From Elainellaceae cyanobacterium (GTDB lineage: Bacteria; Cyanobacteriota; Cyanobacteriia; CAKZMO01): a stretch of 64,000 nt of DNA. Below the pieces are notes generated by a model that saw only the letters and a program-made list of their open reading frames with translations, was not told the DNA's origin and did no database searches. The stretch is taken from contig JBHJGR010000160.1 of assembly GCA_050331615.1 (NCBI GenBank), positions 6,482-70,481 on the forward strand, in the 5' to 3' direction. A program made the translations under genes and the position numbers. This document shows, one piece after another, positions 1 through 8,650 of the stretch; positions within the stretch are counted from its first letter, which is position 1; each line of letters starts with the position of its first letter.

Positions 1-771
1 GAGCGCCAAACCTTCATCGACCAGTACGGCACCGAGCCCATCCAGGTACCCATGACTGGTGGTCTGGTGACCTTTGCCTACAACCTGCCTGGCGTTGAGG
101 GCGACATCAGGCTGACCCAGGAAGCCTACTGCGGCATTGTGACGGGTGAAGTCGCCACATGGGACGCTGAACCCATTGCATCTGCTAACCCCGATCTGAA
201 TCTGCCCAGCCAGGATATCACCTGGGTGCACCGCTCTGATGGTAGCGGCACCACCTTCCTATTCACCAACCACATCAACACGGTGTGCGACAACTGGGAA
301 GGCGGCGCAGCCAAGACCGTTGACTGGCCCGTTGGTGTCGGTGCCAAAGGTAACGAAGGTATCTCCGCTCAGGTGCAGCAAACCGAAGGCGCTGTCGGTT
401 ACGTTGAGTACACCTACGCTTCTGAGAACAACATCCCCGTTGCCAGCCTAGAAAACTCCGCTGGTAACTTCATCGATCCTTCTCCTGACGCTGCTGCTCT
501 TGCGTTTGAAGGCGTTGAAGTTCCCCAAGACTTTGCTCTGCTGATTCCCAACCCCGAAGGTGATGATTCCTATCCCATTGTGGGTTTGACCTGGATGCTG
601 CTGTACCCCGAGTACGACAACGAGCAAACCGCCAAGGCCATCGAAACCATGGTCGACTGGGCGCAGAACAACGGTGCTGAGTTTGCCCAAGAGCTGGGCT
701 ACATTCCCCTGCCTCAAGGCGTTGGCGATCGCGTCAAGAGCACCGTTGAAGAAGAAATCGCCGGTCTCTAG
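1..771 (+). CDS. pstS: Phosphate ABC transporter substrate-binding protein PstS/SphX, 5'-truncated at the window edge
   Basis: Reading frame is open from nt 1, so the M at 52 is internal. Periplasmic phosphate-binding motifs are present (SDGSGTTFLF, GAVGYVEYTYA). A stem-loop terminator follows. Confidence 0.75.
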   Translation, partial: ERQTFIDQYGTEPIQVPMTGGLVTFAYNLPGVEGDIRLTQEAYCGIVTGEVATWDAEPIASANPDLNLPSQDITWVHRSDGSGTTFLFTNHINTVCDNWEGGAAKTVDWPVGVGAKGNEGISAQVQQTEGAVGYVEYTYASENNIPVASLENSAGNFIDPSPDAAALAFEGVEVPQDFALLIPNPEGDDSYPIVGLTWMLLYPEYDNEQTAKAIETMVDWAQNNGAEFAQELGYIPLPQGVGDRVKSTVEEEIAGL

Positions 772-821
772 GTTTTACGAGACTTGTAGATTTTAGACTC
801 AACCGCATAGTTTGAGTGTGA

Positions 822-852
822 AAGAGCGTACAGTCTGTGCGCTCTTTTTCTT
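822..852 (+). terminator. Rho-independent terminator downstream of pstS
   Basis: 7-bp stem AAGAGCG/CGCTCTT with an 11-nt loop, followed by TTTTTCTTT. Confidence 0.55.
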
Positions 853-860
853 TGGTTAGG

Positions 861-952
861 TATAGCGTTACGCTTTCGCGTTAGAACGCTCAAGAGGTGT
901 GGAACCCGTGTGTTGAGGGGCTTTCACACTCAAACCTTAGCCCGTAGGGCTG
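861..952 (-). repeat. R1 dispersed multi-hairpin repeat (~93 bp), copy 1
   Basis: Reverse complement of the consensus ATGGCCCTACGGGCTAAGGTTTGAGTGTGGAACCCCCGCG..CGCGGGTTCCACACCTCTTGAATGTCCTAACGCGAAAGCGTAACGCTATA; 10 copies in the window. Confidence 0.85.
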
Positions 953-973
953 TACTTGAAGGAGGGCGATCGC

Positions 974-1783
974 CTAGCGACATTGGCGGGCATTGATTTC
1001 TTGATGGGCCTCTTGTCTCAGGGCTGCCAGCATGGCGGTTGACTTTGGCTCAAACCGCCCCAAAGCAGCGTAACTCAGGAGGCCAAAGTATTCCCGAAGT
1101 GACAGAAAAGCGACCTGTGCTGAGGGCAAATATCGGGGTAGGGAAACTGGATGGGGGATCACCTTTAGGCCAAGACTTTGAAACGTCAGCGTCGCTCGCA
1201 GCATGTGGGGGGCGTCCGTCACCAGCAGAACGCGCTTGGCATCGAGGGAGTGCAGCAGCAGCGAGGTAAACAGCGCCTCTTCATAGGTGGTCATGGCGCA
1301 GTTCACCTCTTGAACCACCTGGTCCAGATCGAGGTCGGGCGACGGTGCAGCCAAATCTTTCATGAGTCGCCGGGTCTCGGTAGCGGCATAGTGGCCGACG
1401 ATGAAAATTGTGGGGGCACGCTCCTGCTGCCAGAGATCGACTGCCTCCTGGTAGCGGGCATCCTCAGGGCGGCGGCTGAGCACCACAATGGCGTCGGCGG
1501 ACTGTCCTGAGTCACGGGGCACAAACCGCATCAGGTTGTTGACCGCCAGGGAAGCCATCAGGGGTGAGGTCACCACCAGGTAAAACGCCAGCAGAGCGAG
1601 GGCCGGTTTGCTGACCCACTGCTTGAGGGCGGGCGATCGCACCAGCCAGGGCACCACGATCACCATAAGCAGAGCCATCACCACGACTGAAGGCGCTGCC
1701 AGCCCATCAAAGATGCTCCAGTTCAGCCTGGTCCAGAGGCGCGTCGGCCAGAAACTCAGACCACATATCATCCATTTGATCAT
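974..1783 (-). CDS. DUF218/YdcF(ElyC)-like envelope-associated protein
   Basis: N-terminal TM segments and a C-terminal DUF218-like domain (IVVLSRRPED..IFIVGHYAA..VLLVTDAPHMLRA). Start set at an internal ATG, because the track ORF begins with a TTG inside repeat R2. Confidence 0.5.
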   Translation of the reverse strand: MIKWMICGLSFWPTRLWTRLNWSIFDGLAAPSVVVMALLMVIVVPWLVRSPALKQWVSKPALALLAFYLVVTSPLMASLAVNNLMRFVPRDSGQSADAIVVLSRRPEDARYQEAVDLWQQERAPTIFIVGHYAATETRRLMKDLAAPSPDLDLDQVVQEVNCAMTTYEEALFTSLLLHSLDAKRVLLVTDAPHMLRATLTFQSLGLKVIPHPVSLPRYLPSAQVAFLSLREYFGLLSYAALGRFEPKSTAMLAALRQEAHQEINARQCR

Positions 1784-1820
1784 ATGAATTGACCTCAAAA
1801 GATACGCTGACAGCAGCAGT

Positions 1821-1905
1821 AAGTGCTTGAGCAATTTCAGTTACATTTTTTTGGGTGCGTCCCTTGCGGGGGGCACATCCCAAGAAAGTAATTCCGTTTA
1901 ATACT
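1821..1905 (+). repeat. R2 hairpin repeat, copy 1 (AGTGCTTGAGCAATT..TACATTTT..GGGTGCG-hairpin-..AGAAAG)
   Basis: Aligns with the copies at 3034, 4498 and 32327. Lies between the divergent DUF218 gene and the UbiA gene. Confidence 0.75.
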
Positions 1906-2083
1906 TATTCCAGCTCAGTTATAGCAACTCCGCCGTTTAGACAAGCAGAATACAGAAAAATTATTCGTTTCTTAGAAATATGCCCGGTCTTACTTTGTAG
2001 AATCATCGCGATTACCCTCTACGCTCCTTTAGATATCGCTGGTATCCTTATGGGGATGGTTTTAAGTTCACTGGGGTGGTAGC

Positions 2084-3031
2084 GTGGCTGTTTCAGCTCA
2101 TCGGAAGTTTTCCCTCGCGTCTCATATCGCTGCGCTTCGTCCCCGTCAATGGACGAAGAACTTAGTCATTTTCGCCGCGCCAATTTTTGCGTTTAGCATC
2201 AATGCTGACTCGATGCTGGGCAGCGCTTTGGCATTCGTTCTATTTTGCTCGCTGTCAAGCAGCTTCTACCTGCTCAACGATGTTGCAGACGTGGAGTCCG
2301 ATCGGCAACATCCGGTCAAGTGCAATCGCCCGATCGCCTCGGGGATGGTCAAAGTGCCGACCGCGGTCGCGATGGCCATTGTGCTGATGGCAGGAGCCCT
2401 GACCATCGGCTGGATGCAGTCGTTTGATCTGGGTCGCGTCCTCTCGGCTTATGCCGTTCTACAAATCGCCTACAACCTGAAGCTTAAGCGGACGCCCATC
2501 CTCGATATCGTGGCGATCGCCACTGGGTTTGTTCTCCGCGCCTCTGCCGGGGCCGCTGCCACCAGCATTTCCCTCTCCCCCTGGTTCCTCCTGTGTACAG
2601 CGATGCTGGCCCTGTTCCTAGGCATCGAAAAGCGCAAGGCTGAGCTGCGGCTGCTCAAAATCAAAGGCGGCAAGACCCGCTCTGTGCTGAAGCGCTATTC
2701 CCTCTCCCTGCTCACCCGCATGGAGAGTACGGTCACCACGGGGGCCGTCATGAGCTATGCCCTTTGGAGTTCAGGCCCGCTAGTCAACGGAGCCACCACC
2801 CCCTGGATGCTGATAACCCTGCCATTTGTGCTGTACGGGATCTTTCGCTACCAGCTCTTGAGCGATCCCGAGGAGCTGGAGCGCCGGACAGAAGACAGCG
2901 AACCCGGTGGTCAAACCGAGCGTCCTGAGGAAGTATTGTTGCGCGATCGCCCAATCTTGCTAACCGTCCTGGGCTGGGTGTTGACGATTCTGGTGATTCT
3001 TTGGCTCCAAAAGCAGGGCATTATCCAGTAG
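2084..3031 (+). CDS. UbiA-family prenyltransferase, decaprenyl-phosphate 5-phosphoribosyltransferase (DPPR synthase, Rv3806c)-like
   Basis: Polytopic membrane protein. The motif NDVADVESDRQHPVKCNRPIASG closely resembles the Rv3806c-type NDxxDxExDRxHPxKxxRPIAxG signature. It is followed by DprE1-like and DprE2-like genes. GTG start. Confidence 0.7.
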   Translation: MAVSAHRKFSLASHIAALRPRQWTKNLVIFAAPIFAFSINADSMLGSALAFVLFCSLSSSFYLLNDVADVESDRQHPVKCNRPIASGMVKVPTAVAMAIVLMAGALTIGWMQSFDLGRVLSAYAVLQIAYNLKLKRTPILDIVAIATGFVLRASAGAAATSISLSPWFLLCTAMLALFLGIEKRKAELRLLKIKGGKTRSVLKRYSLSLLTRMESTVTTGAVMSYALWSSGPLVNGATTPWMLITLPFVLYGIFRYQLLSDPEELERRTEDSEPGGQTERPEEVLLRDRPILLTVLGWVLTILVILWLQKQGIIQ

Positions 3032-3033
3032 AT

Positions 3034-3110
3034 GAGTGCTTGAGCAATTCTAGCTACATTTTCTCAGGGGTGCGCCCCCCAGAAAGCAATTTGGTTTCAC
3101 TACTTCAATC
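3034..3110 (+). repeat. R2 hairpin repeat, copy 2
   Basis: Begins 3 nt after the UbiA stop codon and contains the hairpin GGGGTGCGCCCCCC. Confidence 0.75.
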
Positions 3111-3126
3111 AGAGGGAATCGGTCCT

Positions 3127-4497
3127 ATGTCACTTACCGTAGAACGCCCGATTACAGGTTGGGGAAGGTATCCGGTGGTCAAGAGTGCCCTGCATCGCCC
3201 CGAGAAGGTTGCTGCCCTCCGGCAGCTCTGCCAGCAGGACGCAGGTCATTCGTCCCTGGCTCGGGGAGCTGGGCGCAGCTATGGTGATGCCGCCCTCAAC
3301 GGCAGCGGTCAAACCATCCTCACTGAACGGCTCAACCGCATGCTGGCGTTCGATGCCCAAACCGGGCGGCTGCGCTGCGAGGCGGGCGTTGCCATCAAAG
3401 AGATTCTGGATGTATTCGTCCCCAAAGGCTGGTTTCCCTCGGTGACGCCGGGCACTAAGTTTGTCACCGTGGGTGGGGCGATCGCCTTCGATGTCCACGG
3501 CAAGAACCACCACCAGGACGGCTCCTTCTGCCGCCACGTGCATCGGTTCAATCTAATCCTCGCTTCGGGAGACGTGGTGACCTGCTCCCGCGACGAAAAC
3601 CCTGACCTGTTCTGGGCCACGGTAGGCGGGCTGGGGCTGACGGGCATCATTACCGATGTGGAATTCTCCCTCCAGCCCATCGAAACAGCCTACATCAACG
3701 GGCACAACATCAAGGCCCGCAACCTGGATGAGGCGATCGCCCTATTTGATGAGTATGAGCCTCAGTACCAATATTCTGTTGCCTGGATTGACTGTCTGGC
3801 TGCAGGAGCGTCCCTGGGGCGCAGCATCCTGATGCTGGGTAACCACGCCAAAGTTGAGGATCTGAGCCCAAATCAGCGCCCCTATCCGCTGGCGCTGAAG
3901 CCCAAGCAGCGCTTCCGCGTCACCTTTGACCCGCCCGCTGGCCTGCTGAATCGATATACGATGGGCGCGTTTAACACGCTCTACTACAGCCGCCAGCTTT
4001 CCTGCGAGGTGCGGGCGATCGCCGACTACGATTCCTTCTTCTACCCGCTGGACTTCATTTGGGACTGGAACCGCCTCTACGGCAAGCGGGGGTTTGTGCA
4101 GTATCAGTGCGTTTTTCCCCCAGAGACCAGCCGCACCGGGCTAATCGAGGTGCTAGAACAGTGCAGTCGCAAAGGCTGGGGCTCATTTCTGGCCGTTCTG
4201 AAGCGGTTTGGTCCCCAGGAGGGCCTGCTGTCCTTCCCCATGCCGGGGTTCACCCTAACGCTAGACATGCCCGTGAAGCCGGGGCTGTTCGAGTTCCTAG
4301 ACGGGCTAGACCACCTGGTAATTCGCCGGGGTGGTCGGGTTTATTTGGCAAAGGACGCCCGCCTTGGCCCTGACGCCTTCCGCGCCATGTATCCCAACTA
4401 CGCTGACTGGCTGGCCATCAAGTCGCGCGTCGATCCTGCCAATCAGTTCAAATCCACTCTGTCTGAACGGCTTCAGATTGAGCCAGCTCAGTGCTAA
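3127..4497 (+). CDS. FAD-dependent oxidoreductase, DprE1-like (decaprenylphosphoryl-beta-D-ribose 2'-oxidase family)
   Basis: FAD-binding PCMH-type N-terminus carrying GAGRSYGDAAL (compare the DprE1 motif G-RSYGD), and a C-terminal GGRVYLAKDARL (DprE1-like). Start moved to the ATG at 3127, preceded by GAGGGAA; the track ORF starts at 3001 inside the UbiA gene. Confidence 0.7.
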   Translation: MSLTVERPITGWGRYPVVKSALHRPEKVAALRQLCQQDAGHSSLARGAGRSYGDAALNGSGQTILTERLNRMLAFDAQTGRLRCEAGVAIKEILDVFVPKGWFPSVTPGTKFVTVGGAIAFDVHGKNHHQDGSFCRHVHRFNLILASGDVVTCSRDENPDLFWATVGGLGLTGIITDVEFSLQPIETAYINGHNIKARNLDEAIALFDEYEPQYQYSVAWIDCLAAGASLGRSILMLGNHAKVEDLSPNQRPYPLALKPKQRFRVTFDPPAGLLNRYTMGAFNTLYYSRQLSCEVRAIADYDSFFYPLDFIWDWNRLYGKRGFVQYQCVFPPETSRTGLIEVLEQCSRKGWGSFLAVLKRFGPQEGLLSFPMPGFTLTLDMPVKPGLFEFLDGLDHLVIRRGGRVYLAKDARLGPDAFRAMYPNYADWLAIKSRVDPANQFKSTLSERLQIEPAQC

Positions 4498-4580
4498 TGC
4501 ATTAAGTGCTAACGCATAATTCATCCATCCTATGGGGGTGTGCGCCCCCAAGCAAACAACTTCGGTTACCGACTTAGAGA
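4498..4580 (+). repeat. R2 hairpin repeat, copy 3 (diverged)
   Basis: Starts immediately after the DprE1-like stop codon and contains the hairpin GGGGGTGTGCGCCCCC. Confidence 0.65.
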
Positions 4581-4611
4581 CGTTCACGCAACCTCAAGCT
4601 ACGGGACGCAT

Positions 4612-5355
4612 ATGCGGGGAAAAACAGTTCTGATTATCGGCGCAACGTCTGCCATCGCGCGATCGCTCGCCCACCAGCTGGCGCGACGGGGTGCTGCCCT
4701 TCACCTGGCCGCCCGCGATCGGGTCGAAGTGGAGCGCATCGCCAGCGACATCGCGATTCGCTACGGCGTTCCCACCTCCTGGAGTGCCGTTGAGGCAACC
4801 CGCTACGATAGCCATCCTGATTTCTTTCAACAGGTGCTGGAGCGCACGGGGCGACTGGATGGAGTGGTAGTGTCCTTGGGGGAGCTGGGCGACCAGTCGA
4901 AAGCGCAAATTGATGTGAACCATGCCCAGCGCATCATCCACTCCAACTACACGGGAGTGGTGTCTATTTTGACGCCCATCGCTAACTATCTAGAGCAGCA
5001 GGGGCAGGGCTTTGTCATCGGCATTTCCTCAGTAGCGGGCGATCGCGGTCGGCCCAGCAACTACGTCTACGGTTCGGCGAAGGCCGCCCTGAGTGCGTTT
5101 CTCCAGGGGTTGCGTGGTCGGCTAGCCAAGGCGGGGGTGCACGTCCTCACGGTGAAGCCGGGATTTGTCGATACCAAAATGACCTTCGGCAAGTCCGGGA
5201 TGTTTTTGGTGGCTAGCCCCGATCAGGTCGCCGCCCAAATTCTGCGGGCGCTGGATCGGGGTCAGAACATTGCCTACGCTCCCTGGTTTTGGTTTGCCAT
5301 CATGGCCATTATCCGCGCCGTTCCTGAATTTATCTTTAAGCGACTTAACCTGTAA
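4612..5355 (+). CDS. Short-chain dehydrogenase/reductase, DprE2-like (decaprenylphosphoryl-2-keto-ribose reductase family)
   Basis: Rossmann motif GKTVLIIGATSAIARS, active-site region NYVYGSAKAAL, and about 247 aa, which is like DprE2. Start at ATG 4612. Confidence 0.65.
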   Translation: MRGKTVLIIGATSAIARSLAHQLARRGAALHLAARDRVEVERIASDIAIRYGVPTSWSAVEATRYDSHPDFFQQVLERTGRLDGVVVSLGELGDQSKAQIDVNHAQRIIHSNYTGVVSILTPIANYLEQQGQGFVIGISSVAGDRGRPSNYVYGSAKAALSAFLQGLRGRLAKAGVHVLTVKPGFVDTKMTFGKSGMFLVASPDQVAAQILRALDRGQNIAYAPWFWFAIMAIIRAVPEFIFKRLNL

Positions 5356-6983
5356 TGACTCCACCCCAGCCCGATTCAAGGCCCGTCGTGGCCCTCTTTG
5401 ACTTCGATGGCACCCTCACCCGAGGCGACTCCTTCCTGCCGTTTTTGCGAACGATGGGCGGGCCGTGGTACTACTGGTCGCGGATTTTGCTTCTAAGCCC
5501 CGTTCTCGGCGGCTATGCCCTGAAGGTTCTATCCAACTGGAAAACCAAAGAGGCCGTCCTAACCCGCTTTATTAAAGGGCGCACCGAAGCTGAGCTAGCG
5601 CAACTGGGCGATCGCTTTGCCCACGAGGTTATTCCTAGTCTGCTGCGACCTGAGGCAGTCGAACGGCTACGCTGGCACCAGCGGCAGGGGCACCGCACCA
5701 TTTTGGTCAGCGCCTCCATTGAGGCGTACCTGATTCCCTGGGCGCAGTCAATGGGTTTCGAGCAGGTGGTGAGCAGCCGCCTGGAGTGCCGCGACGGTAC
5801 CCTCACTGGGCGACTGGTAGGACGCAACTGCTATGGCGACGAGAAGGTGGCGCGGCTCCGTGAAGTGCTGGGCGACTTCGGCCAGTACCAGATTTATGCC
5901 TATGGGGATAGTCGGGGCGATCGCGAACTCCTCGCCATTGCCGATCATGCCTACTACCGCGAATTCCCGGTTGAAAGCGAAGATGAGACGCCAGGAAATA
6001 ATCCACCCGCCGGTACACCGCCCACTAGCGGCAACTGGGAGCGGGGGCTGATGCTCTCGGTGGCGGCAGCGGCGGCCCTCTACCTGGGGCTGGTGCTCTG
6101 GAGCGGGGCCGACCAAGTGTGGCAGGCGATTGACCTGCTGCCCGTCTGGCTCATTCCGGCCATGGCGGCGATCGTGTTTTTCGGCTACTGCCTCCGCTTC
6201 ATTCGCTGGCAGTGGTATTTGGCCGCAATGGGCTACTGGGTGCCCCTGAGGGACAGCTTTCGCATCTTTTTGGCCAGCTTTGCGCTGACGGCTTCTCCTG
6301 GGAAGGCAGGCGAGTCGGTGAAATCCCTGCTGCTGAAGCGGCGCTATGACATCCCCATTGCACCTACCTTGGCGGGACTGTTCTGCGAACGCTTCACCGA
6401 TGCCCTGTCGGTGGTGCTGCTGATTTGCCTCAGCTTTTTCTCTATGTTTCGGGCGTCATGGGCGATCGCCCTGGTGGGAGCCTTTCAGCTAGTCTTCATT
6501 CTGCTGCTCCAGCACCCCGCTTTCCTGAAGCAGCGGATTCTCAAACCCCTGGCCCGCTGGTCCAAGCTAGCAAATATTCTACAGAAGGTGGAAACCCTGA
6601 TCGATAGCGCCAGCCTTCTGCTGCGTCCCAAAATTCTGCTGGGCAGCACCGCCCTCGCCCTGATTGCCTGGGGACTGGAAGGAGTTGCCTTCTACATCAT
6701 TTTTCAAAACCTGGGGGCAACCAGCGTTGGCCTCTACCAGGCGGTGCTTACCCACACCGGTTCAGGTCTCCTGGGGGCGCTGTCCATGCTGCCGGGGGGC
6801 ATTGGCAGCGCTGAAGCCCTCACCGTCAGCCTGTCGATGATGTATGGCGCGAGCCAAATTGCGGCGGTTACCGGAACGTTTCTCATCCGCCTGCTGACCC
6901 TCTGGTTCGCGGTGGCAATCGGTATCGTGGCTATGCTGTCGCTGCAGCGATCGTCACGGCACCGGGTCGGTCGCCAGTCCTAG
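5355..6983 (+). CDS. Fusion protein: HAD-IB phosphatase domain plus LPG-synthase-TM (UPF0104, flippase-like) membrane domain
   Basis: N-terminus has the HAD motif I ALFDFDGTLTRGDSF and motif IV GDSRGDRELL. A Pro/Thr-rich linker follows, then about 7 TM helices with an LPG_synthase_TM-like signature (FLASFALTASPGKAGE). Its ATG overlaps the stop codon of the upstream SDR gene. Confidence 0.6.
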   Translation: MTPPQPDSRPVVALFDFDGTLTRGDSFLPFLRTMGGPWYYWSRILLLSPVLGGYALKVLSNWKTKEAVLTRFIKGRTEAELAQLGDRFAHEVIPSLLRPEAVERLRWHQRQGHRTILVSASIEAYLIPWAQSMGFEQVVSSRLECRDGTLTGRLVGRNCYGDEKVARLREVLGDFGQYQIYAYGDSRGDRELLAIADHAYYREFPVESEDETPGNNPPAGTPPTSGNWERGLMLSVAAAAALYLGLVLWSGADQVWQAIDLLPVWLIPAMAAIVFFGYCLRFIRWQWYLAAMGYWVPLRDSFRIFLASFALTASPGKAGESVKSLLLKRRYDIPIAPTLAGLFCERFTDALSVVLLICLSFFSMFRASWAIALVGAFQLVFILLLQHPAFLKQRILKPLARWSKLANILQKVETLIDSASLLLRPKILLGSTALALIAWGLEGVAFYIIFQNLGATSVGLYQAVLTHTGSGLLGALSMLPGGIGSAEALTVSLSMMYGASQIAAVTGTFLIRLLTLWFAVAIGIVAMLSLQRSSRHRVGRQS

Positions 6984-8408
6984 CTGAGCACTGAGGTCAG
7001 CGTCGTAGACCGCTAGCTCCCAGTTTTGCGCCGCCTGAACTTGGTCGATGGTCAGCCCGGCTACCCCTTGAAAATTAGCCCCAGACAGATCGGCATCGGT
7101 TAAGTCCGCCTCTGCTAGCTTGCTGCCGCTTAAATTCGCGCCAACCAGATTGGCTCCAGCCAGGTTGGCTTGCGTGAGGTCGGCGGTTGCTAAGGTCGCC
7201 TTCAGCAAATTAGCGCACCCTGAATCTGCTAGGGAGTCTTCCCCGTTGCTCGCCTGCGTTTCATCGGCAGCAATACAGGCGAGGTCGGCGCTTTGAAGGT
7301 TGCTGTTGGCTAAGTCAGCCCGCGATAGGTCCGTACCGGTTAAATCAGCGTTGATCAGATTGGTTTCAGTGAGATCAGCTCGACTGAGATTGGCTCGACT
7401 GAGGTTGGCATCAACAAGCTTCGCGCCCCTCAAGGAGGCCCGAGTCAAATTAGCGCCACTCAGGTCACTGCTGCTGAGGATGGCGCGATTGAGGATCGTC
7501 TGGCTTAAATCGGTGCAGAGCGGTGCGGAATCGACTACTTCGGCCAGACAACCCAACTGGGCGTTTGTCAGATCAGCCGCTTCCAGGGTGGCATCGGTAA
7601 AGCTCACCCCCTGGAGCCGGGCGTCCCGTAGTTTCGATTGCTGCAGTTGGGCTCCCTGCAGCTGGGCTCCCTGCAGGTCAGCGCTCCAGAGCCCTGTGTT
7701 CTGCAGCCGGGCGTATCGCAGTTCAGCAAACGGTAGCTCGACTTTCGGCAGATGGGCATTCTGCACGTCCAACCCCCGTAGGCTAATGCAGTTGGGCATA
7801 AACCCCCCCACAACCGGCATCCTGCGAAAATCGGCGTAGCGCCAGGTACGGGGATCGAGCCAAGCGGCGGTGGGGCGCTCTTCCTCGGCTTGAATGTCCC
7901 AATAGCTACACCCCTGGTTGAGGGTTTGCAGCGCCTGAATGCGTCCGGCGTTGTCCGTGCGTCCTTCGGCACCCGTGATGATTTGCCAAGCCTGGGTGTA
8001 GGTTTCCTGTTCACGGGTATCAGCCTGGAAGATGTAGACCAAAAGCCCCAGCACAATGGTAAACTCCCCCAGCAGACGCACTGTGCGTACCGCGAAGTGT
8101 TTGACGGCTTCAACCCCCTGGGCCGACCGCTGCTGGTAGGCTTCGAACATTTGCCGATACTCATCCGTATCGATTTCAGAGGCTTTGGCAAGCTGGATTA
8201 AGCAATAGTCCCGCTCTAGGGGATCTCCAATGGCGCGGAGCCGGACAAATTCCTGGCGCAGCTTCTCCAGCCCTGTAGCGGTGAGGTTATCGAGGGAAGA
8301 TGAGGGTTCCGGCGATCGCTCCACTCCTGCATCTTCTGCCGCTGCTCCGCCAAGGGCGGGTTGGGGCTGGATGGGTTGCTTGGGATCGGAACCCGATACA
8401 TGGTCCAT
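6954..8408 (-). CDS. Pentapeptide-repeat protein with a non-repeat N-terminal domain
   Basis: Long runs of A(D/N)LxG/A pentapeptides (ANLSRADLTETNLINADLTGTDL..). Convergent with the HAD-fusion gene, overlapping it by 30 nt. Confidence 0.6.
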   Translation of the reverse strand: MDHVSGSDPKQPIQPQPALGGAAAEDAGVERSPEPSSSLDNLTATGLEKLRQEFVRLRAIGDPLERDYCLIQLAKASEIDTDEYRQMFEAYQQRSAQGVEAVKHFAVRTVRLLGEFTIVLGLLVYIFQADTREQETYTQAWQIITGAEGRTDNAGRIQALQTLNQGCSYWDIQAEEERPTAAWLDPRTWRYADFRRMPVVGGFMPNCISLRGLDVQNAHLPKVELPFAELRYARLQNTGLWSADLQGAQLQGAQLQQSKLRDARLQGVSFTDATLEAADLTNAQLGCLAEVVDSAPLCTDLSQTILNRAILSSSDLSGANLTRASLRGAKLVDANLSRANLSRADLTETNLINADLTGTDLSRADLANSNLQSADLACIAADETQASNGEDSLADSGCANLLKATLATADLTQANLAGANLVGANLSGSKLAEADLTDADLSGANFQGVAGLTIDQVQAAQNWELAVYDADLSAQLGLATDPVP

Positions 8409-8459
8409 TACTGTCTTCCTGCTCTTGCAGCGGGTTTTATTGTGATCATACCTAAGGAC

Positions 8460-8549
8460 TAAGTAGAACTGCGTTGAAAAACGAAGGTTAGAAAACTGGG
8501 GGAGCGCCCCGGTTTTCTAACCTGAATTTAATTGTGCCGACCTACTTAT
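8460..8549 (+). repeat. R4 MITE-like element with AAGTAG/CTACTT terminal inverted repeats, copy 1
   Basis: Internal long hairpin GGTTAGAAAAC-GGGGGAGCGCCCC-GGTTTTCTAACC. A reverse-complement copy lies at 11931-12034. Confidence 0.7.
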
Positions 8550-8650
8550 TTCGCTGTAAAAATTTGCAAAAAAAGACGCCCGTCAAGGCGTCGAGATAGC
8601 AGTTGAATTGCTATGGGATCTCAGGTGGGCGATCGCCCACTTAGCTAACC

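Noticed and set aside
1834-1834. Track ORF start positions using TTG or GTG (for example 974-1834 and 3001-4497)
   Set aside because: The track extends ORFs to the furthest alternative start, sometimes into repeats or neighbouring genes. I moved the starts to internal ATG codons with better context. The ORFs themselves are kept.
3034-3110. R2 hairpins considered as intra-operon rho-independent terminators
   Set aside because: None of the four copies has a T-tract after the GC hairpin, so classic intrinsic termination is unlikely. I kept them as repeats of unknown function.
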